A stretch of 64,000 nt of DNA from Candidatus Poribacteria bacterium (GCA_963665845.2 OY762492.1:2496001-2560000), one strand, 5' to 3'. Shown: positions 9,717-19,805, counted from the stretch's first letter. Notes: generated from the letters alone by a model not told the origin. Numbers and translations: made by a program.

Positions 9717-10240
9717 CTGACCTTACGTCTTTCACGGGTCAGGCTATGAGGATGCGGCATGTTGAGGCGGCGTGTTGGTTTTCGGCAAACCTCAAGTCAA
9801 TCTTTTCAATCCTGAAAATCCTAGTTCAGACAACAGACGGTTCGGGTTCGCCTCTGGATTCCCGCACGTTTTACCGCAAGGGCGGGAATGCATGTCCTCG
9901 CGGAAGCGGGGAACGGCGTGTAGGGCGCGGGTTTCTAGATTCCCTGACCTCACGCCTAAAGTAGGAACATCCCGGCATGGAAACGCGGACGGTTTCGAGG
10001 TGGACTCTGGATTCCTGCTTACGCGGGAATGACGGCTTGGTTGGCGGCGCCTTTTTCCTATGAATCGAGCGATCGTCGGTTCAAATGTCCCAACTTTACG
10101 CATAAGGCCAGAGATTCCCCCTTGAAAAGGGGGCAGGGGTTTTTAGCCGCGCGGCGTGTCGGTTTTCGGCAAATCACTTGACAATCTTTTCAATAAGGCT
10201 TTATTCGTTCAAATGTCCCAACGTTCTGCATGAGGTCAGA
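9717..10240. repeat. Mosaic repeat cluster
   Basis: Contains MITE-A ends, a MITE-B half (AATCCTAGTTCAGA), extended ATTCCCGC...GCGGGAAT palindromes and a CCCCCTTGAAAAGGGGG hairpin. Confidence 0.85.
9944..10111. mobile_element. MITE-A, 168 bp, imperfect terminal inverted repeats and 7-bp target duplication
   Basis: CTGACCTCACG...CATAAGGCCAG flanked by AGATTCC at 9937-9943 and 10112-10118; homologous to 59630-59798 in reverse orientation. Confidence 0.8.
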
Positions 10241-10270
10241 GACCGCCCTTCTCTTTTCGGCGCGCTCTTT

Positions 10271-10696
10271 TCATTTGTCAGCGGCGCGGCTTTCTTCATA
10301 CGCTTTGCGCCTCGCTTCATAACTCTTCCACTCCCACCGAGCGGCGATCGACAGCCTTCGTTCCGCTTCTGCGCGCGCTTCCAGCGCCGCCGCATATATG
10401 TTCGTTATATTCGGCTCTATAACCCGCAGGGGTTCCAATGCGGCGGCTTTTTTCGGCTCCTCCTCCGCCGCTTGATACGCCTTCCACTCGATCGGCGCCG
10501 CTTTTTCTAACTTCCGCGCGGCGGCGTCCATAATTCGTTGAGCGTTTTTCCATTCCTTATACGTCTCAGGAGCCGTCGCTTTCAAAGCCCGCTCCAATTC
10601 AGGAAAGACAGGTTCCTCCGCCGAACGTTGAGCGGCGCAGCTCAACATAAACGCCGCCAGGAACGAAGCCAAGCCCAGTTTCAACAGACGTTTCAT
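10271..10696 (-). CDS. Hypothetical lipoprotein
   Basis: MKRLLKLGLASFLAAFMLSC lipobox-like signal, GGGAGG RBS, helical repeats (APETYKEW, APIEWKAY). Confidence 0.7.
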   Translation of the reverse strand: MKRLLKLGLASFLAAFMLSCAAQRSAEEPVFPELERALKATAPETYKEWKNAQRIMDAAARKLEKAAPIEWKAYQAAEEEPKKAAALEPLRVIEPNITNIYAAALEARAEAERRLSIAARWEWKSYEARRKAYEESRAADK

Positions 10697-10774
10697 TGCG
10701 AGCCTCCCGCCAAGTGTTATGTTTTTTGATATGTTTGTTTTACAGGAATGCAGCGCTTGACGCAACCTTTGCCG

Positions 10775-11053
10775 CTGACCTTACGTCTTTAGTGGGGATA
10801 TGCCGGCATGGGTACGCGGACGGCGTGTAGGGCGCGGGTTCTAGACTCCCCCTTGAAAAGGGGATGGGGGGTTTAAAGAGGCGCGCAGGGGTTGCGATGC
10901 CTTAAGATTCCCGCTTGCGCGGGAATGACGGCGTGTAGGGCGCGGGTTTCTGGACTCCCCCTTGAAAAGGGGGGATGGGGGGTTTAAAGACGGGCGCGGG
11001 GGCTGCGATGCCTTAAGATTCCCGCACGTTTTACCGCAAGGGCGGGAATGACA
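10775..11053. repeat. Mosaic repeat cluster with two tandem hairpin-plus-palindrome units
   Basis: Duplicated GGCGTGTAGGGCGCGGGTT..ACTCCCCCTTGAAAAGGGG..GATGCCTTAAGATTCCCGC units after a MITE-A end. Confidence 0.85.
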
Positions 11054-11085
11054 GCCAGGATCGGCGGGCTTTAGCGCAAATAAAG

Positions 11086-11114
11086 TTGACACTGCCGTTC
11101 TCGTCCGTTATGAT
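11086..11114 (+). promoter_or_regulatory. Sigma70-type promoter of the tRNA cluster
   Basis: TTGACA-N17-TATGAT, 15 bp upstream of tRNA-Ser. Confidence 0.75.
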
Positions 11115-11129
11115 ATGCATGCTGTGTTT

Positions 11130-11219
11130 GGTGGGATGGCAGAGCGGCTTAACGCGGCGGTCTTGAAAACCGTTGTATCGGAAGCGATACCGCAGGTTCG
11201 AATCCTGCTCCCACCGCCA
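11130..11219 (+). tRNA. tRNA-Ser(TGA)
   Basis: GGTGGGA/TCCCACC acceptor stem, CT-TGA-AA loop, long variable arm, GTTCGAATC, CCA. Confidence 0.95.
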
Positions 11220-11230
11220 AACAAGATTGC

Positions 11231-11322
11231 GGAGAGATGCTGGAGTGGCTGAACAGGGCAGCCTGCTAAGCTGTTGTGGGGCTTACGCCTCACCGAGGGT
11301 TCAAATCCCTCTCTCTCCGCCA
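11231..11322 (+). tRNA. tRNA-Ser(GCT)
   Basis: GGAGAGA/TCTCTCC stem, CT-GCT-AA loop, long variable arm, CCA. Confidence 0.95.
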
Positions 11323-11331
11323 GACGAATGC

Positions 11332-11408
11332 GCGCCCGTAGCTCAGTGGATTAGAGCGCGTGACTACGGATCACGAAGTCGGGAGTTCGAATCTCTCCGG
11401 GCGCGCCA
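11332..11408 (+). tRNA. tRNA-Arg(ACG)
   Basis: GCGCCCG/CGGGCGC stem, CT-ACG-GA loop, GTTCGAATC, CCA. Confidence 0.95.
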
Positions 11409-11431
11409 CCTTTTTTGAAACCGGCGCAAAC

Positions 11432-11905
11432 ATGTTTTTTGTGACGAAACGCGACGAATACTGGATGGGCGAAGCGCTGAAAGAGGCGCGCGAAGCGATG
11501 GCGCGGGGCGAAACGCCGGTCGGCGCCGTCATCGAACGCGGCGGAAAAGAGCTGGCGCGCGACTCCAACCGCCGGCGCGAGCTTCAAGATCCGACCGCGC
11601 ACGCCGAGATCGGAGCCATCCGAAAAGCGGCGCGCCAAACCGGCAGCGAAACGCTGGACGGCGCGACCCTGTATGTCACCGTTGAGCCATGCGTTATGTG
11701 CGCCGGCGCCGTTCAGTGGGCGCGCATTGACCGCGTCGTGTACGGCATTGACGAACCGAAAAGCGGCGCCGTCCGCTCCCGTTATACGCTGCTCGCGGAC
11801 GCCAAAACGGGCAGGGCGGTTCCGTCGGTCGGCGGCTGCCGCGCGGACGAGGCGCTGGAACTGATGCAGGAATTTTTTGCCGGCTTACGCGCGTCTGCCA
11901 GATAG
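11432..11905 (+). CDS. tadA: tRNA adenosine(34) deaminase
   Basis: ETPVGAV, DPTAHAE and TVEPCVMCAGA zinc motifs; lies next to tRNA-Arg(ACG). Confidence 0.93.
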   Translation: MFFVTKRDEYWMGEALKEAREAMARGETPVGAVIERGGKELARDSNRRRELQDPTAHAEIGAIRKAARQTGSETLDGATLYVTVEPCVMCAGAVQWARIDRVVYGIDEPKSGAVRSRYTLLADAKTGRAVPSVGGCRADEALELMQEFFAGLRASAR

Positions 11906-11920
11906 ACGCGCGTTCATTGC

Positions 11921-12012
<92 letters not shown>

Positions 12013-12305
12013 TCCCTTGTTTAAATCATGGCGCCCGCCATCGCGGGCGCGCGGGCCGTTCTCCCTTGAAAAGGGGCTAGGGTTCAGAGGTGAAACGACG
12101 CGAATGGCGGCGCGTCCGATTCCCCCCTTGAAAAGGGGGGCTAGGGGGTTTAAAGGGCGGAAGCGGCGTCTTTTCGTCGTTCATGGCGGTTCTTTCGCCC
12201 TAACGCCCCAACTTTACGCATGAAGTTCCCCCTCAGCTTGACTTTGTCGATAGATCGGTTATCATACTGCATGGGTTATTAGAACTGCCAACGTGAGGCG
12301 CCGCC

Positions 12306-14741
12306 TTGAAAAAAATACGCGCTGTCAAAACGATCAACTCCTACCTGCGAATTCCGACCCCGAAAGGGGTCGCGCGCGGCGAATTCTGGTCGCCCGACCG
12401 AATCGAGTATATGCGCGAGCTGTCTGAAACCGGAAAAGCGGTCATACGCAGCCTGGACGACGCCGCCCAGTACGCCGCCGACTCCCGCTCCCTGCGCGAC
12501 CGCATCCGCCTCTCCCCAAACGAAAACGGACGCGGCGAACAGAAGACGGACATCAGCGTCCAGCTGAACGGGTTCAACGGAACCAAACCGATACCGCTTG
12601 CCGCCCCGCTTGTCTGGGGCGATATGTCGTTCGGCGCGATACATGCCGAGGCGGTCAAGGCGCTGGTGCGCTCCGCCGAAGCGACCGGCATTCTCTCCGG
12701 AACCGGCGAAGGCGGACTCCACCCCGACATACGCCATCTCAAACGTTTCAATGTGCAATGGGCGTCCGCGCGGTTCGGCGTCAACCTTGAATCGCTCAAA
12801 TCCGGCTCCGCCGTCTTCATCAAGATCGGGCAGGGCGCGAAGCCGGGCATCGGCGGACATCTGCCGGGCATGAAGGTGGTCGGCGACATCCCGACGACGC
12901 GGCGCATCCCTGAAGGCAGGGACGCCATCTCGCCCGCGCCGCACCATGACATCTACTCCATCGAAGACCTGGGGCAGCGCATCTGGGCGTTGAAACTGGC
13001 GACAGGGCAGCCCGTTTATGTGAAGGTCGCCGCGACAAATTATGTGCCGTATGTGGCATGCGGCATCGCGCGCATGGGCGGGGACGGCGTCGTCATCGAC
13101 GGGCATCTCGCCGGGACAGGCGCGACGCCCGAAGTCATCCGCGACAATGTCGGCATACCGATAGAGATCGCCGTCGCCGCGAGCGACCAGATGCTGCGCG
13201 AGCAGATGATGGACGGCGAACCGCTGCGCAGCCGCGTCTCCATCATCGCCGGCGGCGGGGTCACCAGCTCAAGCGACATGCTGAAACTTGCCGCCCTCGG
13301 CGCGGACGCCTCCATGATGGGAACGGGCGCGCTGGTCGCCATGGGGTGCGTCATGGTGCATCGCTGCCACACCGGCAAATGTCCAACGGCGCTCGCGACG
13401 CAGAAACCGCACCGCCTGCTGGATGTGGACTGGGCGACGGAGCGGTGCATTCAGTTTGTGAACGGTCTGAAAGAGGAAATAGAGCTGCTTTTGGACGAGC
13501 TTGGATACGACTCGATGAAGCAGCTGATTGGGAATCGAAACGCGCTGGAAGCGAGAGACCTGAACGACGAAACGCTGGACATACTAGGGCTGAAACGCGC
13601 CAACGGACGTTCGGCGCCGAAGAGCCGTACCGAAACGGACGCGCCGGCGGAGGCGCCCGACTTCTGGACGCCCTGGCGCATTGACCATATCAAAGCGAAC
13701 GCGGAGACGGGCGAGGCGCTGATCACCAGCATGGGAAGCCAGTCGCCGCCGTTTGTGGAGCCGCCGCGCGTCATCTGCGACTGGCTGCGTTCGGACGGCG
13801 CGCAGGTCACCCGACCGAGCGTTGACCCGTACCGCGAAGAGATCGAGACCAGCGTCTATCTCGCCGGCGGGAAGGCGCGGCTTGCCTCCCCCTGTTTCTT
13901 TGATCTGTCCCGCTACGACCGTCTAGAGCCTGAAGCGCATGCGCTCATTGCGCGGACGGCGTCGGCGGTCGGTTCGCTTGCTGTTGTGTCGATGGACGAT
14001 ATGGATGAGCGGGTCGCGCGGTACGGGCGCGCCGTCGCGCTGGATCTGATGTCTGAAGACGCGCCGCCGGCGGGGATGGGCGAACGGGTTGCCGCGTTTC
14101 TGATCGAAGACCGCGCCGACCGAGACCGGCTGCCGCTGCGCGTCGAGTCGCTCAAACGCGCCTACGGGAAGCCCGTGTTCGTCCGCACGCCGCCGATACG
14201 AAACATTCACCGCCGGGTGAAACGGCTCGCGGACGCGCAGGTGGACGCGATCATCATACGGGACGAGGTGAACGCCGAGACGGGCGAGGTGGTCTCCGAC
14301 CTGTCGTCTGATCAGCATTATCCGCTGGAGATTGCGCTCTCGATAGCGGATATGGCGATGCGTTTTACTGAAAACGGAGAAACGGCGGCGCGGCGGCGCG
14401 TGAACCTGCTGGCGTCGTCGGAGCGGCTGCGCGGGGCGGACGATATTTTCAAGTTGATCGCTCTCGGCGCGGACGCGGCGGGCATCGGGGACGCGGCGCT
14501 GATTGCGTCGGTCGGCCGCCCCGGCGGCGATCTGGACGCCGAGGTCGATTTTGAATCGCCGGACGCTTCCATTCGTCTGGAAAACTACTACTGGGCGTCG
14601 CAAAAAGAATTGAAACTGCTTTTAGGAGCCGCCGGGACATCCAGCGTCGCAACGCTGCTCGGAAGCCGCGAGCTGCTGCGTTCGGTCGACCTTGACCCGA
14701 ACGCGCGCGAGCTGCTGGACGTCAAACCGGCGGGGCGGTAA
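12306..14741 (+). CDS. FMN-binding glutamate synthase subunit with a second degenerate FMN-like domain
   Basis: MSFGA, GTGEGG, IKIGQGAKPGIGGHLPG, ISPAPHHDIYSIEDL and a [3Fe-4S] CX5CX4C motif. The second half repeats FWxPxRI and KLxALGADA. TTG start. Confidence 0.85.
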   Translation: MKKIRAVKTINSYLRIPTPKGVARGEFWSPDRIEYMRELSETGKAVIRSLDDAAQYAADSRSLRDRIRLSPNENGRGEQKTDISVQLNGFNGTKPIPLAAPLVWGDMSFGAIHAEAVKALVRSAEATGILSGTGEGGLHPDIRHLKRFNVQWASARFGVNLESLKSGSAVFIKIGQGAKPGIGGHLPGMKVVGDIPTTRRIPEGRDAISPAPHHDIYSIEDLGQRIWALKLATGQPVYVKVAATNYVPYVACGIARMGGDGVVIDGHLAGTGATPEVIRDNVGIPIEIAVAASDQMLREQMMDGEPLRSRVSIIAGGGVTSSSDMLKLAALGADASMMGTGALVAMGCVMVHRCHTGKCPTALATQKPHRLLDVDWATERCIQFVNGLKEEIELLLDELGYDSMKQLIGNRNALEARDLNDETLDILGLKRANGRSAPKSRTETDAPAEAPDFWTPWRIDHIKANAETGEALITSMGSQSPPFVEPPRVICDWLRSDGAQVTRPSVDPYREEIETSVYLAGGKARLASPCFFDLSRYDRLEPEAHALIARTASAVGSLAVVSMDDMDERVARYGRAVALDLMSEDAPPAGMGERVAAFLIEDRADRDRLPLRVESLKRAYGKPVFVRTPPIRNIHRRVKRLADAQVDAIIIRDEVNAETGEVVSDLSSDQHYPLEIALSIADMAMRFTENGETAARRRVNLLASSERLRGADDIFKLIALGADAAGIGDAALIASVGRPGGDLDAEVDFESPDASIRLENYYWASQKELKLLLGAAGTSSVATLLGSRELLRSVDLDPNARELLDVKPAGR

Positions 14742-14753
14742 AGGAACGGAACT

Positions 14754-16898
14754 ATGCCTGCGCGATTTCGACACGACAAGATACCGATTCATCATGACGG
14801 ATGCGGCGTTCTCGGCATACTTGCCAAGTCGCACGCGCCGCCCATCCGCAGCGACGAGACGCTCACGGCGATAGAATGCGCCCGTTTCAGAGGCAGCAAG
14901 TTCGGGGCGGGCTTCACAGGCTTTAAAATCGACACGTTTCCCGAAAAATATGTCACGCTCCGCACGTTTGTACTGGACAACGAAGCGTACGCCGAAGCGC
15001 GAAAAACGCTCCAATCGTTCGCGCCTGAAGGCTTGCAGATTGTTCACGAAACGCCGCCCGACTTCGCCAGCGCCTCCACGATGGCGACCTGGGAAGCGTA
15101 CGTTCTCGCGGACGACGACATCCTTTTCAACGCCGCGATGGAGATCAACGCGAAACTGGAAACGGACGGCATTTTCCGAGCGCGCGTCTACTCGTCGGCA
15201 AAACACCATGTGACCTTCAAAGGCGTCGGCTACCCGACTGACGTCGCCGAAGAATACGGCATGCTGAACCCGGCGCTCTCCGCGCGCATGTGGATCGCCC
15301 ACACGCGCCAGCCGACCAACTCGCCCGGCGCCTATCCGATCTGGTCGCATCCGTTCTCGCTTATGGAATGGTCTATCGTCCATAACGGCGACGTCTCCTC
15401 CTTCGGCGGCAATATCCCGTTCATGCGCTCCGCCGGCGTTGAAAGCGTCGTCGGAAACGACAGCGAGCTGATCTGCTGCCTCATCGACTATCTGACGCGC
15501 GTCGAACGGCTCTCTTTGCCTGAAGCCGCGCTGACGCTCACTTCCCCCTACGAACGCTGGTGGAAGCGGATCGAAACGGACGAAGGCATCGAGGAAGAGC
15601 GGCTGCGGCAGCTCGCCATGAATTATGTCGGGTCGCATCTGGACGGACCCTTCGCCGTTGTCGCCGGACATGCGGACGAAGAGGATGCGTATATGCTCGG
15701 CATCATCGACCGCTTGAAGTTTCGCCCGTTCGTTGTGGGCGAAGACGCCGACCGCATCTATCTCGCCTCCGAAGAGTGCGAGATACGAGTCTTGTCGCCG
15801 AATGCGGCGGTATGGGGCTGCGATCCTGGGCGGTATGTCCTGGCAAGCGGAAAAGAGGGGTTTATTGAGCGCGGGCTGGCGCCGAACCGCGTCATGTTTG
15901 AGTTCACCAACTTAAAGCGCCCCGCGGACGAATCCGCCCCGGATGCGGTCATCGACGCGACAGGGATGGAATATGAAACGCTGAACCGCGAGATACGCAA
16001 GGTTTGCGACGACGGCGCAAAAGAGATTCACGTTCAGCGGGTGAGGGGGCAGCGTTACCTTGCCGTCAACCTGCCGCCTGAAACGCATTTGACGCTGCAT
16101 GGCGCGCCCGGCAACTGCCTCGCCAACTTCAATGAAGGCGCGCATATTACGGTATGGGGCAACGCCGCCGACGACACCGCCGATACGATGCATGACGGCA
16201 GCATTACGGTACACGGCAGCGCGCGCGACGTCCTAGGGCAGGCGCTTCAAGGCGGGCGAATCTATGTGCGCGGCGACATCGGCAACCGCGCGGGAATACT
16301 CATGCGCCAGTATGTGGACAGGCGCCCGGTCATCATGGCGGGCGGACGCGCGGGCAACTACCTCGGCGAGTATATGTCGGGAGGGACCATCGCCGTTCTG
16401 GGACTCGCCGAGCTGGAAAGCGGCTCGGACGCGCAGATTGTGGGCGACTTTGTGGCGCCGGGCATGCTCGGCGGACGCATCTATATCCGCGGGAAAGTGG
16501 ACCGCGGATGCGTCGGCTATGTGCCGAACCGCGTTGATGTGGAGAGCTATCTGGAGACGCTGCATATTGACGGGCTGATTGCGGACGCGGCGCTTCAACA
16601 GCTGCTGGCGCTGCCCGCGCTGACGCTGGACCTGATGGAGCCGCTGATGGAAGAAGAGGCGGTTACGCGCGTCCGGCGGCTTTACGACAGCAAATACCGC
16701 ATGCCGCTCATCGTGCGGGAGGGTCAGCTGGAGGACGAAGACCGAGAGATTCTCGCCCCGCATATCGACCGCTTTTTTGAGACGTTCGGTTTGGAGGAGG
16801 CGCTGAAAACGGCGCTGATGGACGCCGTCTTCACGCGCGTTCTCGCCGCGCCGCGCATGGCGCTGGAGACCGACCCCCCGCCTGTGATTGAAGAATAA
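14754..16898 (+). CDS. Glutamate synthase subunit: class II glutamine amidotransferase fused to GXGXG beta-helix
   Basis: DGCGVLG, AHTRQPTNS, HPF, HNGD, ASEE; C-terminal GQRYL and GEYMSGG GXGXG repeats. Confidence 0.85.
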   Translation: MPARFRHDKIPIHHDGCGVLGILAKSHAPPIRSDETLTAIECARFRGSKFGAGFTGFKIDTFPEKYVTLRTFVLDNEAYAEARKTLQSFAPEGLQIVHETPPDFASASTMATWEAYVLADDDILFNAAMEINAKLETDGIFRARVYSSAKHHVTFKGVGYPTDVAEEYGMLNPALSARMWIAHTRQPTNSPGAYPIWSHPFSLMEWSIVHNGDVSSFGGNIPFMRSAGVESVVGNDSELICCLIDYLTRVERLSLPEAALTLTSPYERWWKRIETDEGIEEERLRQLAMNYVGSHLDGPFAVVAGHADEEDAYMLGIIDRLKFRPFVVGEDADRIYLASEECEIRVLSPNAAVWGCDPGRYVLASGKEGFIERGLAPNRVMFEFTNLKRPADESAPDAVIDATGMEYETLNREIRKVCDDGAKEIHVQRVRGQRYLAVNLPPETHLTLHGAPGNCLANFNEGAHITVWGNAADDTADTMHDGSITVHGSARDVLGQALQGGRIYVRGDIGNRAGILMRQYVDRRPVIMAGGRAGNYLGEYMSGGTIAVLGLAELESGSDAQIVGDFVAPGMLGGRIYIRGKVDRGCVGYVPNRVDVESYLETLHIDGLIADAALQQLLALPALTLDLMEPLMEEEAVTRVRRLYDSKYRMPLIVREGQLEDEDREILAPHIDRFFETFGLEEALKTALMDAVFTRVLAAPRMALETDPPPVIEE

Positions 16899-16968
16899 AC
16901 ATGGGCGCTCCGGCGGGTCGTCATTCCCGCGCAAGCGGGAATCTTAAGGTCGGGTAAAGGTTGAAACC

Positions 16969-18189
16969 GTGTCGGATCGCCGTAGAAAAATACTGCTAGA
17001 AGGCGCGGTATTGCGCTGGGCGCGCGAGCGGGCGGGACTCGACATTGCGGATCTGGCGCAAAAGATGTCGGTGAAGCCGGGGCGCGTAAACGAATGGGAA
17101 AAAACAGGCGTTATCAGCGTCGCCCAGGTTGAAAAGCTTGCTCAAAAGACGCATGCGCCTCTTGGATTTCTCTATCTGCCGGAACCGCCCGACGAACCGC
17201 TGCCCATCAACGATTTCCGCACTCAGAAAGATCAGCCGCTGAAACGCCCAAGCCCAGAGCTGCTCGACACGCTTTATACAATGCAGCTGCGCCAAGACTG
17301 GATGCGAAGCGATCTAATTGAGCAGGGCGCAGAGCCTCTCGACTTTGTTAAATCGTTCAGCGTCGGCGATGACGCTAAGCGCGTTGCCGAGGCGATGAGA
17401 GCGGCGCTGGGAATAGAAGACGAATGGGCGGCAAACGTAAAGACGCGGCAAGCGGCGCTGCGCCGCTTAGCGGACCTGGCGGAGGAGGCGGGCGTCTTAG
17501 TATTCGGCAACGGCATTGTGAACAATAGTACGAATCGAAAACTGGACCCTGGCGAATTTCAGGGCTTTGCGATGACAGACGAATACGCCCCTCTCATCTT
17601 CATTAACAAGGCAGATTACGAGGGAGCGCAGATGTTCACCCTGGCGCATGAGCTGGCGCATCTCTTTGTCGGCGAATCGGGGCTTTCCCTTTTTGAATTG
17701 CAGGCGCAGCCGACGAACGAAGTGGAACAGTTTTGCAATCAAGCGGCCGCCGAGTTTTTGGTTCCGGAACCTCTGCTGATCAATTACTGGAAACAAGTGA
17801 AATCCGCAGACGATCCGTATAAAGCGGTCGCAAACCGCTTCAAAGTGAGCAGGCTTGTCGCGGCGCGGCGGGCTTTAGATACGCAGCGCATCAACCGTGA
17901 CGCCTTTATAGAATACTATCGTACGCTCATCCATGAGGATTCGCGTAAAACAAAACCTGCGGGCGGCCCGAGTTTTTGGGTCAGTCAAAAATGGCGCGTC
18001 GGGCGCCGTTTTGGAACTGCTGTCGCAAGAGCGGCGAAGGAAGACAGGCTGCAGTATCTGGAAGCGTACCGCCTCACCGAACTATACGGGGATACGTTTG
18101 ACTGCCTTACGTCTTTAGTTGGGACACGTCGGCATAGGAACGCAAACAGTTTTTGTAGCGCCTCTGGATTCCCGCTTGCGCGGGAATGA
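16969..18189 (+). CDS. XRE-HTH plus ImmA/IrrE metallopeptidase; 3' end overwritten by a repeat
   Basis: LRWARERAGL HTH, DFRT, FTLAHELAH, EQFCNQAAAEFLVP. The last ~28 codons come from MITE-A and palindrome sequence. Confidence 0.88.
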   Translation: MSDRRRKILLEGAVLRWARERAGLDIADLAQKMSVKPGRVNEWEKTGVISVAQVEKLAQKTHAPLGFLYLPEPPDEPLPINDFRTQKDQPLKRPSPELLDTLYTMQLRQDWMRSDLIEQGAEPLDFVKSFSVGDDAKRVAEAMRAALGIEDEWAANVKTRQAALRRLADLAEEAGVLVFGNGIVNNSTNRKLDPGEFQGFAMTDEYAPLIFINKADYEGAQMFTLAHELAHLFVGESGLSLFELQAQPTNEVEQFCNQAAAEFLVPEPLLINYWKQVKSADDPYKAVANRFKVSRLVAARRALDTQRINRDAFIEYYRTLIHEDSRKTKPAGGPSFWVSQKWRVGRRFGTAVARAAKEDRLQYLEAYRLTELYGDTFDCLTSLVGTRRHRNANSFCSASGFPLARE

Positions 18190-18396
18190 CGGAGAGGAGC
18201 GCGGGAATGACGCGGTGAAAAACGCGGATGATGGCGGGCAGAATGAACGCCTGTTCACTCTTAAGGTGGAAGGTCAAAGAATGCCGTTGCGCCGAAGCTC
18301 CGCGACCAGGAACGCCTGATCGCGGTTTCCTTTCGTCGAGTTGCATGCGCCGCACAACAGCTGCAGGTTGTCGAGATGATCCGACCCGCCCTTGCT
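18167..18396 (-). repeat. 230-bp inverted repeat, copy 1 (HNH 3' end plus downstream DNA)
   Basis: Near-identical reverse complement of 23908-24137. Confidence 0.92.
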
Positions 18397-19539
18397 GCGC
18401 GGCACGATATGATCAATCGTGAAATTCCTGAATGGAAACGCGATTTGACAGCCCGCGCAATCGCCCTCCTGTTTCCCAAACAACGTATGCTTATGCGTCC
18501 GGTAATTCGGCAGCTTGCCGAGATCGGTTCGGTTTGGAATGTCGGTTCGATGCGCCATCGGATGCTGCGAAAACAGAAGCGGATTGTCCTTTTCAATGCG
18601 TATCTTGACCAGCTGCGCAGCCTTCGGCGACAGGTCGATTCCCGCCCATTGGCGGTTCAAACGTTCGGCGGCGACGCATGCCGTCGCGCAGCCGCAGAAC
18701 GGATCCAACACCATATCTCCCTCGTTGGAGGACGCCTTGATGATGCGGTCAAGCAGCGCCAGCGGCTTTTGTGTCGGATAACCTAGGTGTTCTCGATTCG
18801 CATTTACTTGCTGGAATGAGGGTATATCCGTCCAGGCAGAACTCATCGGCGCGCCTCTGTCCTCCTTTAAATAAACCCGCCGCTCCTGCCCTTTATATTT
18901 GTAAATTTTGTAACGCTTACCCTCCGAATCCGTCTTGTCGTACCGACGGATCGTTGCTTCTTTCAATGGCCGTCTCTGGACATTGAACGTTGCGCCTTCT
19001 CCGCGCCGATAGAACAGCAAGGTGTCGTGTCCTCTGACCCAGTTGCGAGCCTGTCCTTTGAACCCAGAAACGTCCTCGTTTGACCAGACAACCTCCCGCC
19101 GAAACGCCAGCCGCCCGAATACAGCGTCCATGATCAATTTCAGATAGTGGGACGCGGTCGAGTCGCAATGCAGGTAAATGCTGCCCGTATCCTTCAAGAT
19201 GCGTTTCATCTCCAGCAGGCGAACCGCCATCATGATCGCGTACGCCTTCATGCCTTTGCTGTGGGCGGTTCCGGCGGCGTCAATGACAGCGTACAGGGCA
19301 GGCTCTCGGTCGGCGATTTCGCCATGCCATGCGAGGTTGACATCGTCCAGCGTCCATGTGTCTTTGAACGCCGCGCCCGCCGCTTCCGATCCAATCGGAG
19401 CCGAGTAGTTTTGATTCGAGTTGAACGGCGGGTCTAGATAGATCAGGTCAACGCTGTCGGAGTTCATGCCGCGCATGATGTCCAGGTTGTCGCCTGTCCA
19501 CATCGTGCGGTTCGTCCAGTTCGGCTGATGTTGATTCAT
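18274..19539 (-). CDS. Beta-class N6A/N4C DNA methyltransferase fused to a C-terminal HNH endonuclease
   Basis: LIYLDPPF (motif IV), YPTQKP, LDPFCGCAT (motif I), then CAGC...IDHIVPRSKGG..NLQLLCGACN. Confidence 0.92.
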   Translation of the reverse strand: MNQHQPNWTNRTMWTGDNLDIMRGMNSDSVDLIYLDPPFNSNQNYSAPIGSEAAGAAFKDTWTLDDVNLAWHGEIADREPALYAVIDAAGTAHSKGMKAYAIMMAVRLLEMKRILKDTGSIYLHCDSTASHYLKLIMDAVFGRLAFRREVVWSNEDVSGFKGQARNWVRGHDTLLFYRRGEGATFNVQRRPLKEATIRRYDKTDSEGKRYKIYKYKGQERRVYLKEDRGAPMSSAWTDIPSFQQVNANREHLGYPTQKPLALLDRIIKASSNEGDMVLDPFCGCATACVAAERLNRQWAGIDLSPKAAQLVKIRIEKDNPLLFSQHPMAHRTDIPNRTDLGKLPNYRTHKHTLFGKQEGDCAGCQIAFPFRNFTIDHIVPRSKGGSDHLDNLQLLCGACNSTKGNRDQAFLVAELRRNGIL

Positions 19540-19608
19540 GCTCGCCCCTTGACCGTTTCGTTCATGCGTCCAATATAATGCAATGTCTAGGGAAAATCCA
19601 GCGCATGA

Positions 19609-19805
19609 ACTGAGCTTACGGCTTTAGTTGGGGCATGTCGGCATGCGTACGCAGACGTTGTCTGCTGGACTCCTGGATTCCCGCTTACGCGGGAATGACA
19701 GGCTAGGCGGCGGTGCGGCGAACGGGAATGACAAGCGGGGCGGCGGTGCGGGAATGGAAGTTATGGACAGCGGGGCGGGAATGAAGGTTGTGAACAGCGG
19801 GCGGA
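19609..19805. repeat. MITE-A end followed by degenerate tandem CGGGAATG half-sites
   Basis: CTGAGCTTACGGCTTTAGTTGGGGCATG, then four recurrences of CGGGAATG. Confidence 0.7.
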
